A stretch of 64,000 bases of DNA from a virus (lineage: Duplodnaviria > Caudoviricetes): positions 1 to 64,000 of the IMG/VR virus record IMGVR_UViG_3300014204_000139, one strand, 5' to 3'. Under the pieces are notes generated by a model, which saw only the letters and a program-made list of their open reading frames with translations, was not told the DNA's origin and did no database searches. Position numbers and translations under genes: made by a program. This document shows positions 10,465 through 20,120 of this stretch, piece by piece; the stretch's first letter is position 1, and every line of letters starts with the position of its first letter.

Positions 10465-10731
10465 ATGTCAAAAGAAAAAGAAATGGATTGCTCTTTTTGT
10501 AATCCAAAAAAGAAAGATTGGGAAGAGAAAGGGTTTTATGGTTATAGGTGCAATGAATGTCAGGGATCAACTGCATTTATTGTTTCAAGCAACCATTCTA
10601 GTTTAACAGAATCTTCAAAAAAAATAGTTGAAAATTTAGCTAAAAAACATTATCCAGATTTAAAAATTAAGTGGTTATCAGCTAAAAGAAAAAATATGTT
10701 ACATTGGTATGATTTCTTAGTACCTAAATAA
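10465..10731 (+). CDS. Small zinc-ribbon protein
   Basis: CSFC...CNEC plus His residues. Confidence 0.6.
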   Translation: MSKEKEMDCSFCNPKKKDWEEKGFYGYRCNECQGSTAFIVSSNHSSLTESSKKIVENLAKKHYPDLKIKWLSAKRKNMLHWYDFLVPK

Positions 10732-10751
10732 TTTTGGAGGAAATATTATAG

Positions 10752-11342
10752 ATGAAATTATATGAAAAATTTATTAAAGATAGAGAATACGTTGATGAAC
10801 AAATGAAATCTATTGGTAAAGGTTTAAGTAAGTTATATAAAACAGGAAGTAAAATTCTTCATTATTCAGGTATAGCAGCAGGAAAAGCTAAATTAACTGA
10901 TATTGAAAGATATCTATTTAAACATAGAGATATAACTAGTGTTATTGGAAAAACTTTAGAAAATAATCCATCTCCTGAAAATATAAAAATAGCTTTAATA
11001 AGAGTTAGAAATAAAGCTTCTGTTGGTCTAATAGCTGGTTTAATCATTATATACGCTTATAGAAAATATATTAGAAATTGGTCAGCAGCTGGAAGATATT
11101 GTAAAGGTACAACAGGAACTCATAGAACAGCTTGTTTAAGAAGATATAAAATAAGAATTATGAAAGAAAGATTAAATGATCTAGTCCAGAAAAAATTATA
11201 CTGCGGAAAATCAAAAGATCCTCAAAAATGTAAAACAAAAGTAGATTCAAAAATTAAAAAGTTAAAAGAAAGAATTTCTGTTTTACAAACCCAACAAGAA
11301 AGATATGATGATAGAATGAATGATCTATATGGCAGTCATTAA
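10752..11342 (+). CDS. Hydrophobic-helix plus paired-Cys basic protein, paralog 1
   Basis: GLIAGLIIIYAY followed by C-x9-C and C-x6-C (SKDPQKC). Confidence 0.7.
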   Translation: MKLYEKFIKDREYVDEQMKSIGKGLSKLYKTGSKILHYSGIAAGKAKLTDIERYLFKHRDITSVIGKTLENNPSPENIKIALIRVRNKASVGLIAGLIIIYAYRKYIRNWSAAGRYCKGTTGTHRTACLRRYKIRIMKERLNDLVQKKLYCGKSKDPQKCKTKVDSKIKKLKERISVLQTQQERYDDRMNDLYGSH

Positions 11343-12205
11343 TGAAATTAAATGATATTAATAAAACTACAGTTAAGTTATTAGATAATAAAGAACTAAT
11401 AACATTACATAGAAGGGTTCATCAATTATATGGTTTAAAAAGAAATTATTCAGTTGATTTAAAAAAGATACATTTAATTTTATCTAATGAAATAACAAGA
11501 AGAGGTTTTAAACATTCTTCAGACTTATATAATAAAAATACAGAACAAAAAATAAATGAGGAGAAAATAATGAAAACTTCAGATAAATTAAAACTATTAG
11601 CTATGGAATTTGTTTTTAATTCAGATCTTCCTGCCAAAAAGAAGAAACAAGATTTACAGTTTATTAAAGAAAAAGCTGATCCATATCAATGTATAGGATA
11701 TATTCTTGATGGTAAATTCTACAATCTAAATGAACAGGGAAAGATTGAGTTAAAGAAAAGATTTATAGAGGAAGGAAAAGGGAAGGCTTATAGAAAAACA
11801 GGTTTTTCAATCTATGGAGGTGCTGTAGCACCTGCTCTTTCTGCTGCAGGAAATATAGCGGCAGTAGCTGGTGATGGCGGAGTTATAAGCGTACCAATCT
11901 ATCCGTTCTATAGAGCAATTAGAGCAGCTTTTAATAAATGTTCAGGCGCATGCGGAATGTTTGCTCTTAATACTCCAAAAAGACAAATTTGTTTAGCAAA
12001 GTGTAAAGTTATGTCTTTAGAAAAAGGTCTTGTGGACGCTAAACGAAACAAAGCTTCAAGAGAATTTATTTTGAAACTTCAAGCTAAGTTAGAAAAAGCA
12101 AAGAAAAAATTTAAAGACTATCAAGATTTTGCTAAAAGTACAGGGAGAAATCCTGATCCTAAAATTGATCCAAATAAAAAATCTTTATTTAGAATACCAA
12201 AGTAA
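11342..12205 (+). CDS. Paired-Cys basic protein, paralog 2; probable internal start at 11570
   Basis: Gly/Ala-rich segment then CSGAC...QICLAKC; promoter motif and GAGGAG RBS precede the in-frame ATG at 11570. Confidence 0.65.
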   Translation: MKLNDINKTTVKLLDNKELITLHRRVHQLYGLKRNYSVDLKKIHLILSNEITRRGFKHSSDLYNKNTEQKINEEKIMKTSDKLKLLAMEFVFNSDLPAKKKKQDLQFIKEKADPYQCIGYILDGKFYNLNEQGKIELKKRFIEEGKGKAYRKTGFSIYGGAVAPALSAAGNIAAVAGDGGVISVPIYPFYRAIRAAFNKCSGACGMFALNTPKRQICLAKCKVMSLEKGLVDAKRNKASREFILKLQAKLEKAKKKFKDYQDFAKSTGRNPDPKIDPNKKSLFRIPK

Positions 12206-12248
12206 TAAAAAATAAATGTAATTTTTAAAAAGGAGTTTAAAAAATATC

Positions 12249-12725
12249 ATGGGAGAAGCATTAATTATAGATAGTGTATCTTATTATACATCACCTTACA
12301 TTATAGTAAATTATCAAGATTCTGAAGGTGTTGCAGCTGCTTCTGATTCAACTTCATTAATTGAATTATCATTACCTGGTTTATACACAACTGAAGAATC
12401 ATATAGACATGAACCAAGAAGAATGTTAACAAGTAAATCTTATGTAATTAAATTATTTAGAATAGCTATTTCATGTTTATCAGCTAATTATACATTTAGA
12501 ATATTAAATAGAAATGATATATTATTAATTAATTCTATTTATAAAGTATATACATCTGGAGCAATTAATTTAGGCGATAATATATCTTTAACAGAATTAA
12601 TAATTAGAAATAGAGATGTTGTATTAGATAATAAAATTTATTTATTTATTTCTAATTTAGGAATTGATACTGGTCCAATAGATATTGACTTAACTTTTCA
12701 AAGTCTTCAAGATAGAGAATTTTAA
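12249..12725 (+). CDS. Hypothetical virion protein
   Basis: AGGAG RBS; beta-rich. Confidence 0.6.
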   Translation: MGEALIIDSVSYYTSPYIIVNYQDSEGVAAASDSTSLIELSLPGLYTTEESYRHEPRRMLTSKSYVIKLFRIAISCLSANYTFRILNRNDILLINSIYKVYTSGAINLGDNISLTELIIRNRDVVLDNKIYLFISNLGIDTGPIDIDLTFQSLQDREF

Positions 12726-12730
12726 ATAAA

Positions 12731-13390
12731 ATGGTATTAAACATAGAGCAAACAATAGTAGATTACTTAAATAAATTTGGACTTTTATTTGAAAATAATA
12801 CATTGTCGGCTAATCCAAATATAGAAAATAAAATTAAAGAAACAAGAAAAAAATATAAAAGAAAAAGAAAACAATTATTAAAACATAAAGAATCAGCTTT
12901 AGAAAAATTAAAAGAATTTGCAAAAAGTTTAGGTGAAGATCTAGCTGATGAAATGATTGAAAAATTAGAAAAACAAAAATTAAGAATTAGAAGTGTATAT
13001 CTAATAAGAAAATCTTCTCTATGGAAAAAAGAATTAGAAGAAATTCAAAGACTTAAAAGTATTTCTAAAAAATCAGGTTTAGTTATATCAGGTATAGGTC
13101 TAGCTTCATTATTAATTTATTCATCATATAAAGTCTATACTGATAATAAAAAAAGATATCAAAGTTTATGTTTAAATAAAACTGGTAAAGAAAAATATGA
13201 TTGTATTAAAAAATATAAAGTTATAAGTCTAAGAAAGAGATATCAATTTCTAAATAATGCAGCTATTAAATGTAACTATTCTAAACATCCAGTTAAATGT
13301 AAAGATAAATTAGATGAAGAAATGTTAAAGATTAAATTAAAAATAGAAGATATAATTAGTTCAAGTAAAATAGGTAGGATGGTACATTAA
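12731..13390 (+). CDS. Hydrophobic-helix plus paired-Cys basic protein, paralog 3
   Basis: GLVISGIGLASLLIY then CLNKTGKEKYDC and CNYSKHPVKC. Confidence 0.7.
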   Translation: MVLNIEQTIVDYLNKFGLLFENNTLSANPNIENKIKETRKKYKRKRKQLLKHKESALEKLKEFAKSLGEDLADEMIEKLEKQKLRIRSVYLIRKSSLWKKELEEIQRLKSISKKSGLVISGIGLASLLIYSSYKVYTDNKKRYQSLCLNKTGKEKYDCIKKYKVISLRKRYQFLNNAAIKCNYSKHPVKCKDKLDEEMLKIKLKIEDIISSSKIGRMVH

Positions 13391-13394
13391 AATT

Positions 13395-13655
13395 ATGTCA
13401 TTAGATGATTACTTAAATATGTTAATTGAGTCCTATTCTTCATCTTTAACCAAAAGAGGTAGGATCCAAAAAACATCTACTACAGCTGGAACAATAGGTG
13501 TATCATTAGCAAGACAAAAAAATGATCCACTATATAAAAAAATGATTTATTATAAACATATGTATATGAAAACTAAAGAACAATTACAAAAGAAATATCA
13601 TTCAAAAGCTTTAAGTTTAGCTAGGAAGAAAGCTTCTGAATATGAAAAAGATTAA
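13395..13655 (+). CDS. Small basic protein
   Basis: LARQKNDPLYKK motif; LDDYLNMLIE leader. Confidence 0.65.
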   Translation: MSLDDYLNMLIESYSSSLTKRGRIQKTSTTAGTIGVSLARQKNDPLYKKMIYYKHMYMKTKEQLQKKYHSKALSLARKKASEYEKD

Positions 13656-13676
13656 TTTTTAAGGAGAAATTTAATT

Positions 13677-13964
13677 ATGAAAATTAAAAAGTCTATAGTA
13701 ATAGAAGCAGTTAATAGATATGTGGATGAGGTATTAAATGAATGCTCATGTGATTGTTCTAAAAAATTAATTGTAGATAAAGTTAAGAAGGAAGAAGTTG
13801 AGGAATTAGATGAACAATCAGTATTAGCTAAAGCTTTAACCAATCCTTCATTAGTTGCTAAAGCTAAAGAATTAATTAGAAAGTTTCCTAATAGGAAATA
13901 TACATTACATCAAGCTTTAATATTAGTTGCTAGAGCAGGCGGAAAAACAGGTGCCATGATTTAA
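13677..13964 (+). CDS. Hypothetical protein
   Basis: AAGGAG RBS. Confidence 0.6.
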   Translation: MKIKKSIVIEAVNRYVDEVLNECSCDCSKKLIVDKVKKEEVEELDEQSVLAKALTNPSLVAKAKELIRKFPNRKYTLHQALILVARAGGKTGAMI

Positions 13965-13968
13965 AAAT

Positions 13969-14123
13969 GGGTGTTCATATTTTTTCGGTTGAACATTTTT
14001 AAATTTTTGAACAATTACTGTTGCCACTATATTATTACAAATCTTCTGTACTAATTAAATAAAAATTTCTGTGCGTCACGTTCTACAAGTTACATTCTAA
14101 ACGTGTCACTCTGTACACCACCC
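13969..14123. ncRNA. Candidate structured non-coding element with a heptamer-periodic tract
   Basis: Intergenic; ends GGGTG/CACCC can pair; seven 7-nt units with 14-nt periodicity at 14067-14115. Confidence 0.4.
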
Positions 14124-14126
14124 TTT

Positions 14127-14165
14127 AACTAGAGATTTATATCCATTATAAATCTCTAGTTTTTT
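14127..14165 (+). terminator. Intrinsic terminator
   Basis: AACTAGAGATTTATA/TATAAATCTCTAGTT stem followed by a T-run. Confidence 0.8.
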
Positions 14166-14227
14166 ACGTTGAATTTATGAAATTTTCTGAACAAAATATA
14201 AACTAGCAAATTTGGGGTATATTAAAT

Positions 14228-14959
14228 ATGAAGAAAATTCTCGAAAATTACCTATATTTATTAACTGAAGATGAAACAGTAGAATCATTTGATAAAACAT
14301 ATAAAGAATTGCGACAGATGTTAAAGAATTTCAGAAATAAACATAACCCAGAAGCAATAGCTGCAAAATATGCTAATGTAGCTAAAGATCAAATACCAGA
14401 AAATGATAGAAAAATTCTAGATGCTCATAGAGATTTAACAGACCAATTTGCAAAAGTTAGTAAGAAGAGAGCTGAATATAGTGAATGGATAAGAAAAGGT
14501 GGAAATTCTAAAACATTTAAAGCTGTTAAAGATGCTGCAGAAAGTAAAATGAGATATAACGCTCAAGCATATGAAGACTTGATTAAAGCTAGAAATGCAT
14601 TTATGGCGAGAATGAATAAAGTAAGAAAAATTCAAAAAGGTGTTGCAGCTGTATATTTTATATTTATAGCTTTTATGTTATATAAACATTTATTTAGTAA
14701 AGCTGCAAGAGCTTGTTCTCATTATACTGGTTATCAAAAACGGATTTGCTTAACCCAATATAAAATTAATGCAACTAATAAAGAAATAATATCTCTTAAA
14801 GCTTCTTTATCAAAATCTAGTGAAAGTAAAGATCCTGAAAAATTTAAACAAAAAATTAACGAGAGAATTATTGAATTAGAGGTTAGACTTAAAAAACTAA
14901 ATAAAAGAATAAATTATTTTAAATCTCTGAAAATTACAAGTAATAAAAGGAATTATTAA
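14228..14959 (+). CDS. Hydrophobic-helix plus paired-Cys basic protein, paralog 4
   Basis: GVAAVYFIFIAFMLY then CSHYTGYQKRIC and SKDPEKF; ILENYLYLLTE leader. Confidence 0.7.
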   Translation: MKKILENYLYLLTEDETVESFDKTYKELRQMLKNFRNKHNPEAIAAKYANVAKDQIPENDRKILDAHRDLTDQFAKVSKKRAEYSEWIRKGGNSKTFKAVKDAAESKMRYNAQAYEDLIKARNAFMARMNKVRKIQKGVAAVYFIFIAFMLYKHLFSKAARACSHYTGYQKRICLTQYKINATNKEIISLKASLSKSSESKDPEKFKQKINERIIELEVRLKKLNKRINYFKSLKITSNKRNY

Positions 14960-14961
14960 AA

Positions 14962-15297
14962 TTGAATAATATACTAAGGGAGTATTTAAATAAATTGAAT
15001 AATAATCATATGGACGATTTATTATCGAAATATAAAGAAGTAATTATATACGATAATGAGAAGGATATAGAATTAGGTTTATTAAGATTTAAAGAACCTC
15101 CTAAGGGAAAAGCTTTTTTATTTAAATTCCCAAAAGAAGAGATATTGGATTTCCATACAGTTGGAATGAATTTTCCAATTAACATATATTTCTTTAATTC
15201 AAAGAAAGAGATAGTATTTTCATATAGTTCAGTATCACCAGGAATTGATCATATAAGTTCTAAAGGACAATCTAAATATGTAGTGGAGATACCATAA
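14962..15297 (+). CDS. DUF192-family protein
   Basis: GLLRF...AFLFKF...FHTVGMNFPINIYF...YVVEIP matches the DUF192 pattern; TTG start. Confidence 0.7.
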   Translation: MNNILREYLNKLNNNHMDDLLSKYKEVIIYDNEKDIELGLLRFKEPPKGKAFLFKFPKEEILDFHTVGMNFPINIYFFNSKKEIVFSYSSVSPGIDHISSKGQSKYVVEIP

Positions 15298-15773
15298 TGA
15301 AAAATAAGATATTAGAGAATTATTTACAAGTATTAAATGAAGGGTTATTTGACCATAAAAATTCTTATTGTAAAATTTTAGAATATACTGATTATTCTTT
15401 TTATAGAATATTCTATCTTGGTACTAAGGATATTAATAAATATAATTCTTTTCTTGGTGGAGGTCCAGGTGCAGTATTTCCTTTAACAAAACCTAATTAT
15501 GACAGTTTTCTTAATTATGAAGAAATAATTGCTCCTTTATTTACTCAGTTAGTTGGTAAATTTAGTTTTATTAAATTATCATCAAAGATAAAACATTTAA
15601 ACGTTATAGATTCTGGTTATGCAGATTCAAATGTATGGGGCACAATAATTAGTATTTCTAATTTTAAAAATATGCAAACTTTTGATAATAAGAATAAAAT
15701 TGAAATTGCAGGACATGATAAACAAACGTTAGTTCATCCAGCAACAATTACTGTTCAATTAAAGAGGAAATAA
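15297..15773 (+). CDS. Hypothetical protein with ILENYLQVLNE leader
   Basis: TAATG coupling. Confidence 0.65.
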   Translation: MKNKILENYLQVLNEGLFDHKNSYCKILEYTDYSFYRIFYLGTKDINKYNSFLGGGPGAVFPLTKPNYDSFLNYEEIIAPLFTQLVGKFSFIKLSSKIKHLNVIDSGYADSNVWGTIISISNFKNMQTFDNKNKIEIAGHDKQTLVHPATITVQLKRK

Positions 15774-15775
15774 CA

Positions 15776-16591
15776 ATGAGAAATAAATTAGATACATATT
15801 TACATGAAATAAATCTATCTTCTGGAGACATCAGAATTCTTATCCAATTAGCTGGAGCTATTCTTCTTCTTATAATTACACTTCTTTTCTATTTTTTTAA
15901 TTCTAAAAGAAATAGACATTTAGAATCTCTTCTTAAAAAAGTTACAGGTAAAAACTATATAGTAAGAGTATTACCAATGGACCAACCAAATGGTTTTTGT
16001 TTTGGTGGAGTTGGTAATAGTATTTTCTTAACTAAAGGTTTAATTAAAATCTTAAATGAAAGAGAAGTAATTTCAGTTTGTTTACATGAAGCTGGCCATA
16101 TTACAAATTTAGATAGTATAAAAATGGGTGCACTTTCTTTAGCAAATTTTGGGGTTACATCATACATGATTCAAAGTCTTACTAAAAAAATGACTGTTGT
16201 TAGTAATGCAGAATTAAGAATGTTATTTTCTATAGTAGTATTTATAATATTAGTTTCTTATTCAGTAAAAGTAACATCAATATTCTTAGATAAAATAAAT
16301 GAATACAGAGCAGATAAATATACAGTTAAATTTGGTTATGGAAATGATCTAATATCAGCTTTAACTAAATTAGAAAACTGGGTAAAAGAATATAAGTTTA
16401 AAGTTTATGGAGAAGAAACTAAATTTGAAAAGTTTATGGATAAAATACAAGGTATAGTAGATGCTCACCCATCTACTGAAAATAGAGTAAAAGCTTTATT
16501 TGAATCAGTTGAAATGTATGAAGCAATGTTAGAGAATAATAGTGAAAAAATTAAAAAGGTAATTCATAAGTTTCTATTTGAAGGAGCTTAA
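15776..16591 (+). CDS. Peptidase M48 (HtpX-like) membrane zinc metalloprotease
   Basis: PNGF, HEAGH, EYRAD, HPSTENR and transmembrane helices. Confidence 0.85.
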   Translation: MRNKLDTYLHEINLSSGDIRILIQLAGAILLLIITLLFYFFNSKRNRHLESLLKKVTGKNYIVRVLPMDQPNGFCFGGVGNSIFLTKGLIKILNEREVISVCLHEAGHITNLDSIKMGALSLANFGVTSYMIQSLTKKMTVVSNAELRMLFSIVVFIILVSYSVKVTSIFLDKINEYRADKYTVKFGYGNDLISALTKLENWVKEYKFKVYGEETKFEKFMDKIQGIVDAHPSTENRVKALFESVEMYEAMLENNSEKIKKVIHKFLFEGA

Positions 16592-16617
16592 AATAAAGAA
16601 TAAGAAAGGAATTATAA

Positions 16618-17178
16618 GTGCAAGACATATTCATAGAAAAGATAGACGAAATATTGAAAAGACATTTAACTCAAAAATCTTTCGAATTATGGGAAGGAAT
16701 AAAGGAAAATATATCCAATAAATGCTGGGAAAAACCAACTTCAAGTTCTGGAAAATATCATAGGAAAGATGAACAAGCTGGAAGAGTTCCTTCTGTATCA
16801 GAACACACATATGAAATGATTTATGCTGCAGATAAAATAATCTCTATGTTTGAAGGGATATTAAATAAAGATATTATATTTCTGTCTATAGCATTACATG
16901 ATTCTTATAAATATGGTTTAGTAAAAACATGTAATAGTACAGAATCAAAACATGATAGAATTATAGGCGACATTATAAAGAAGAATATTAAAATCTTTAA
17001 ATATGCTCTAAGTGAAAATGATATTCAATTATTAGAAGAATCTGTAAGGTTTCATATGGGCAAGTGGAGTACAGATACTACATTTAAAGAATTCTCATAT
17101 GATAAACATAATCCAATAGTTTTGTTTTTAAGTACATTAGACATGATGAGTTCAAGAAATTTAATCAAAGTATTATAA
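16618..17178 (+). CDS. HD-domain phosphohydrolase
   Basis: PTSSSGKYH...EHT...ALHDSYK...HMGKW...D. Confidence 0.8.
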   Translation: MQDIFIEKIDEILKRHLTQKSFELWEGIKENISNKCWEKPTSSSGKYHRKDEQAGRVPSVSEHTYEMIYAADKIISMFEGILNKDIIFLSIALHDSYKYGLVKTCNSTESKHDRIIGDIIKKNIKIFKYALSENDIQLLEESVRFHMGKWSTDTTFKEFSYDKHNPIVLFLSTLDMMSSRNLIKVL

Positions 17179-17195
17179 AAGGGAATTAAAATAAA

Positions 17196-17804
17196 ATGAC
17201 TTTACAAATGACTCGAGTAGTACCAGAATTATTATTCTATACTGAGCTATATGTAAAAGGTAGTGTTACTAATAAATTTAAAATACCATTCCCTCCTACA
17301 TTCTCTATTTCATATTTAAATGAAAACAAATCTTTTATTAGATTATTATTTGATGATAATTGGCCTATGGGCAGCATGAATTATTTAAATTATAGATATT
17401 TATACAGACAAGAAACAGACTTGACTAGTATCCCAGAAGCTCTTAGAAGACGAATGAGTGTATATCCTGGTATAAGTAGTTACTATGTTTGTGATTCAGA
17501 TTCCATAAGTATTTGTAATATAAACGTTTTTAATTTACAATCAGATGATTTGAATATGTTAGACAATTTATTACAATACAGATTAGACTCTACCTCAGTT
17601 AACATAACATTAATTAATTATAATTCATTGGATACTACCCTATCTAAGTTAATTTATATTTATTTAAATTTTAAAATTAATCATCAATATGTTGAATTTG
17701 ATAATGTTAATCCATTAAGTAGTGATATTCAAGTATTAGAAGGTTTCTATGAATCTTATTTAACCGATTTAATATTTATATACGAATCATCCCTAGGTAC
17801 ATAA
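17196..17804 (+). CDS. Hypothetical virion/baseplate protein
   Basis: 202-aa ORF directly before the baseplate gene. Confidence 0.6.
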   Translation: MTLQMTRVVPELLFYTELYVKGSVTNKFKIPFPPTFSISYLNENKSFIRLLFDDNWPMGSMNYLNYRYLYRQETDLTSIPEALRRRMSVYPGISSYYVCDSDSISICNINVFNLQSDDLNMLDNLLQYRLDSTSVNITLINYNSLDTTLSKLIYIYLNFKINHQYVEFDNVNPLSSDIQVLEGFYESYLTDLIFIYESSLGT

Positions 17805-17857
17805 TGAATTAAATAATTAATTACAATTAATTCATGATCCATATAGGAGAATAGACA

Positions 17858-20047
17858 TTGTTTACAATAAATGATTTTATAAATTTGATGAAGTATTTTA
17901 AAGGCGAGAGTGTACCAAACCTAGATTCTAATCTAATAATTTTAGCCGAAGATTCAAAAGCTAAAGCTACTCAACTATTTACTGAAAATATTGACCTTAA
18001 TTGTTTTACAAGTGATGATTATAAAAGATTAAAAAACTTTCTAACTCCTTGGTATGCTTCATTAAGATCTTTTCCAAGTACAATGAGACACGCCAGTGAT
18101 GTAAGATCATTACCAGATAGTCATCTAAATGAATTAATTAATAGTTTTGGTTTTGTAGATAGCTTAGATGAAATTAGTAAAGTAAATAAAGTTGACTTCT
18201 TTTATGATTTAGTAAACTTATATAAAATAAAAGGAACACCAGAAGCAGTAGAAAGAGTATTGGGATATTTTGGAATCTCAGATGTTGAATTAATGGAGTA
18301 TTGGTTACAATATGATAATCAAAATGAATTAATATTTAGACCAGTTAAAATTTCAAGTGCAACAAATCCAATTACAAATACTTATAGAGATATAGACTTT
18401 GATACAATTGTTAATACAGATCCTCATTGGTATTTAACTAAAGATAATATTAATCAATTATTTTTAAATAATAGAATAGCTTTTCCTTCTAAGAGTCCTT
18501 ATTTTGGATTGAGACCAACTGTTCAATTAGTTGGAGATTTAACTACTCCAAGTTTATCTATATTAACAAGAATTATTTTAAATCAGTATGATGATTATTT
18601 AGCGGGAAATTATCCAGTAAAGAATTTAATTCTTACAAATATAAAAATTTACGCTTCTATTTTAGATTTATATTTGGGAGTTATTTATGCATTTAATAAA
18701 TTGTTTCCAAAAACTTTTAACCCAAGTGCTTTAGAAACAATTATTTATAATGGCTCTATGAGTCTTTCTAATGATGATATTTTTGAACTGTATTCCACTC
18801 TAAATGGGAGAGCAAGTAATTTAACACGCGATCAAATTGAGATAAATAGAGTGTTAATGGGAAATAATTTTAGTAGAGATCGCAACACCAACTTTCTCAC
18901 GAACCTCAACACAGCTGAAACAAACTTAAATATTCTGAATCCTGACCTTAAATTAACAATTGATACGAGTTTCTCATCCGGTTCCGGACTCCTCCAACTC
19001 AAACAATTAGTCAAAGATTTGTCATCCTGGATTAAACAAAACATAAACATATACACACCCGACCTCTCAGTTCTTTTATTTGGTTTCTCTTCTCTTGAAT
19101 ACGTTACAGACATAATTAATTTCTTTAAACCATACAGGGCTAGACTTATATCATTAGAGCATGCATTCTACATTAATTCTCCTTTAAATGACTCTATAAT
19201 TACTGAAGATAACTTATCTCTTATTAAAGAAACTGATACATTTATAGACTGGGATGTTGCAGACTCTATCCCTGGTTTTGAGGAAGGTTTTGAAACTACA
19301 GGAATTACAAGTACTCCTCCAAATATCTCATCTAAAAGAATTACTAATATATACATAGATAATACATTAACTGTTAAATGTACTTATGATGACTCTACTT
19401 CATATACAGGAATTACTAATTTTATTTATTCTAATCCTTCAATAGGACAATATAGAATTACTAATTTATATTTATCTATATCTAATAATGGAGAATCTAA
19501 AATATTTATTGAATATAACAATATAGCTGAGACTACAGGAAATATCTCTACTAAGATTCCAAGTATACCTCCTTTATTAAATTATTCAATTATAGATGTA
19601 TACTTAAATGATAATAATATATTTGAAATGATATATGATACTGAATCTATTATTAATCCTAATGAAAAAATATATTTTACTAGAAATACTTATGATAATG
19701 GTTCATATTTTGACATAGGTGCATCTTGTGATGATCCTCCTACTAAGGCTTCATTATTTATTGAAGATAGAATAGATGAAATTTATAATTCTCATATTGG
19801 AATTGGTATTAATAATTTAGAATATACTTTAGATTCTACAACTAATGATGTTATTTATGTATTAACTGATGGCGGATGGTCATTATTTGATTCTGGTGCT
19901 TTATTTGATCAGCCTGCTATTTCTGATATATGTGAAATTGAAGTTTATAATGTTTTATATGGTATTAGAAATACTAGTGATGATGGAACATTTGATAATA
20001 TTTCTTTAGATGACATAAATATAAGAATTGGAAGGGAAGTTACATAA
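17858..20047 (+). CDS. Baseplate wedge-like protein
   Basis: LYKIKGTPEAVERVLGYFG and IINFFKPYRA motifs typical of contractile-tail baseplate wedge proteins. Confidence 0.65.
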   Translation: MFTINDFINLMKYFKGESVPNLDSNLIILAEDSKAKATQLFTENIDLNCFTSDDYKRLKNFLTPWYASLRSFPSTMRHASDVRSLPDSHLNELINSFGFVDSLDEISKVNKVDFFYDLVNLYKIKGTPEAVERVLGYFGISDVELMEYWLQYDNQNELIFRPVKISSATNPITNTYRDIDFDTIVNTDPHWYLTKDNINQLFLNNRIAFPSKSPYFGLRPTVQLVGDLTTPSLSILTRIILNQYDDYLAGNYPVKNLILTNIKIYASILDLYLGVIYAFNKLFPKTFNPSALETIIYNGSMSLSNDDIFELYSTLNGRASNLTRDQIEINRVLMGNNFSRDRNTNFLTNLNTAETNLNILNPDLKLTIDTSFSSGSGLLQLKQLVKDLSSWIKQNINIYTPDLSVLLFGFSSLEYVTDIINFFKPYRARLISLEHAFYINSPLNDSIITEDNLSLIKETDTFIDWDVADSIPGFEEGFETTGITSTPPNISSKRITNIYIDNTLTVKCTYDDSTSYTGITNFIYSNPSIGQYRITNLYLSISNNGESKIFIEYNNIAETTGNISTKIPSIPPLLNYSIIDVYLNDNNIFEMIYDTESIINPNEKIYFTRNTYDNGSYFDIGASCDDPPTKASLFIEDRIDEIYNSHIGIGINNLEYTLDSTTNDVIYVLTDGGWSLFDSGALFDQPAISDICEIEVYNVLYGIRNTSDDGTFDNISLDDINIRIGREVT

Positions 20048-20120
20048 ATTTTATTTAACTCTAATTTTTTAATAATTTTCTATATCTTTTTATAAGTTAT
20101 CTATATGTTTTGGAGGATAA

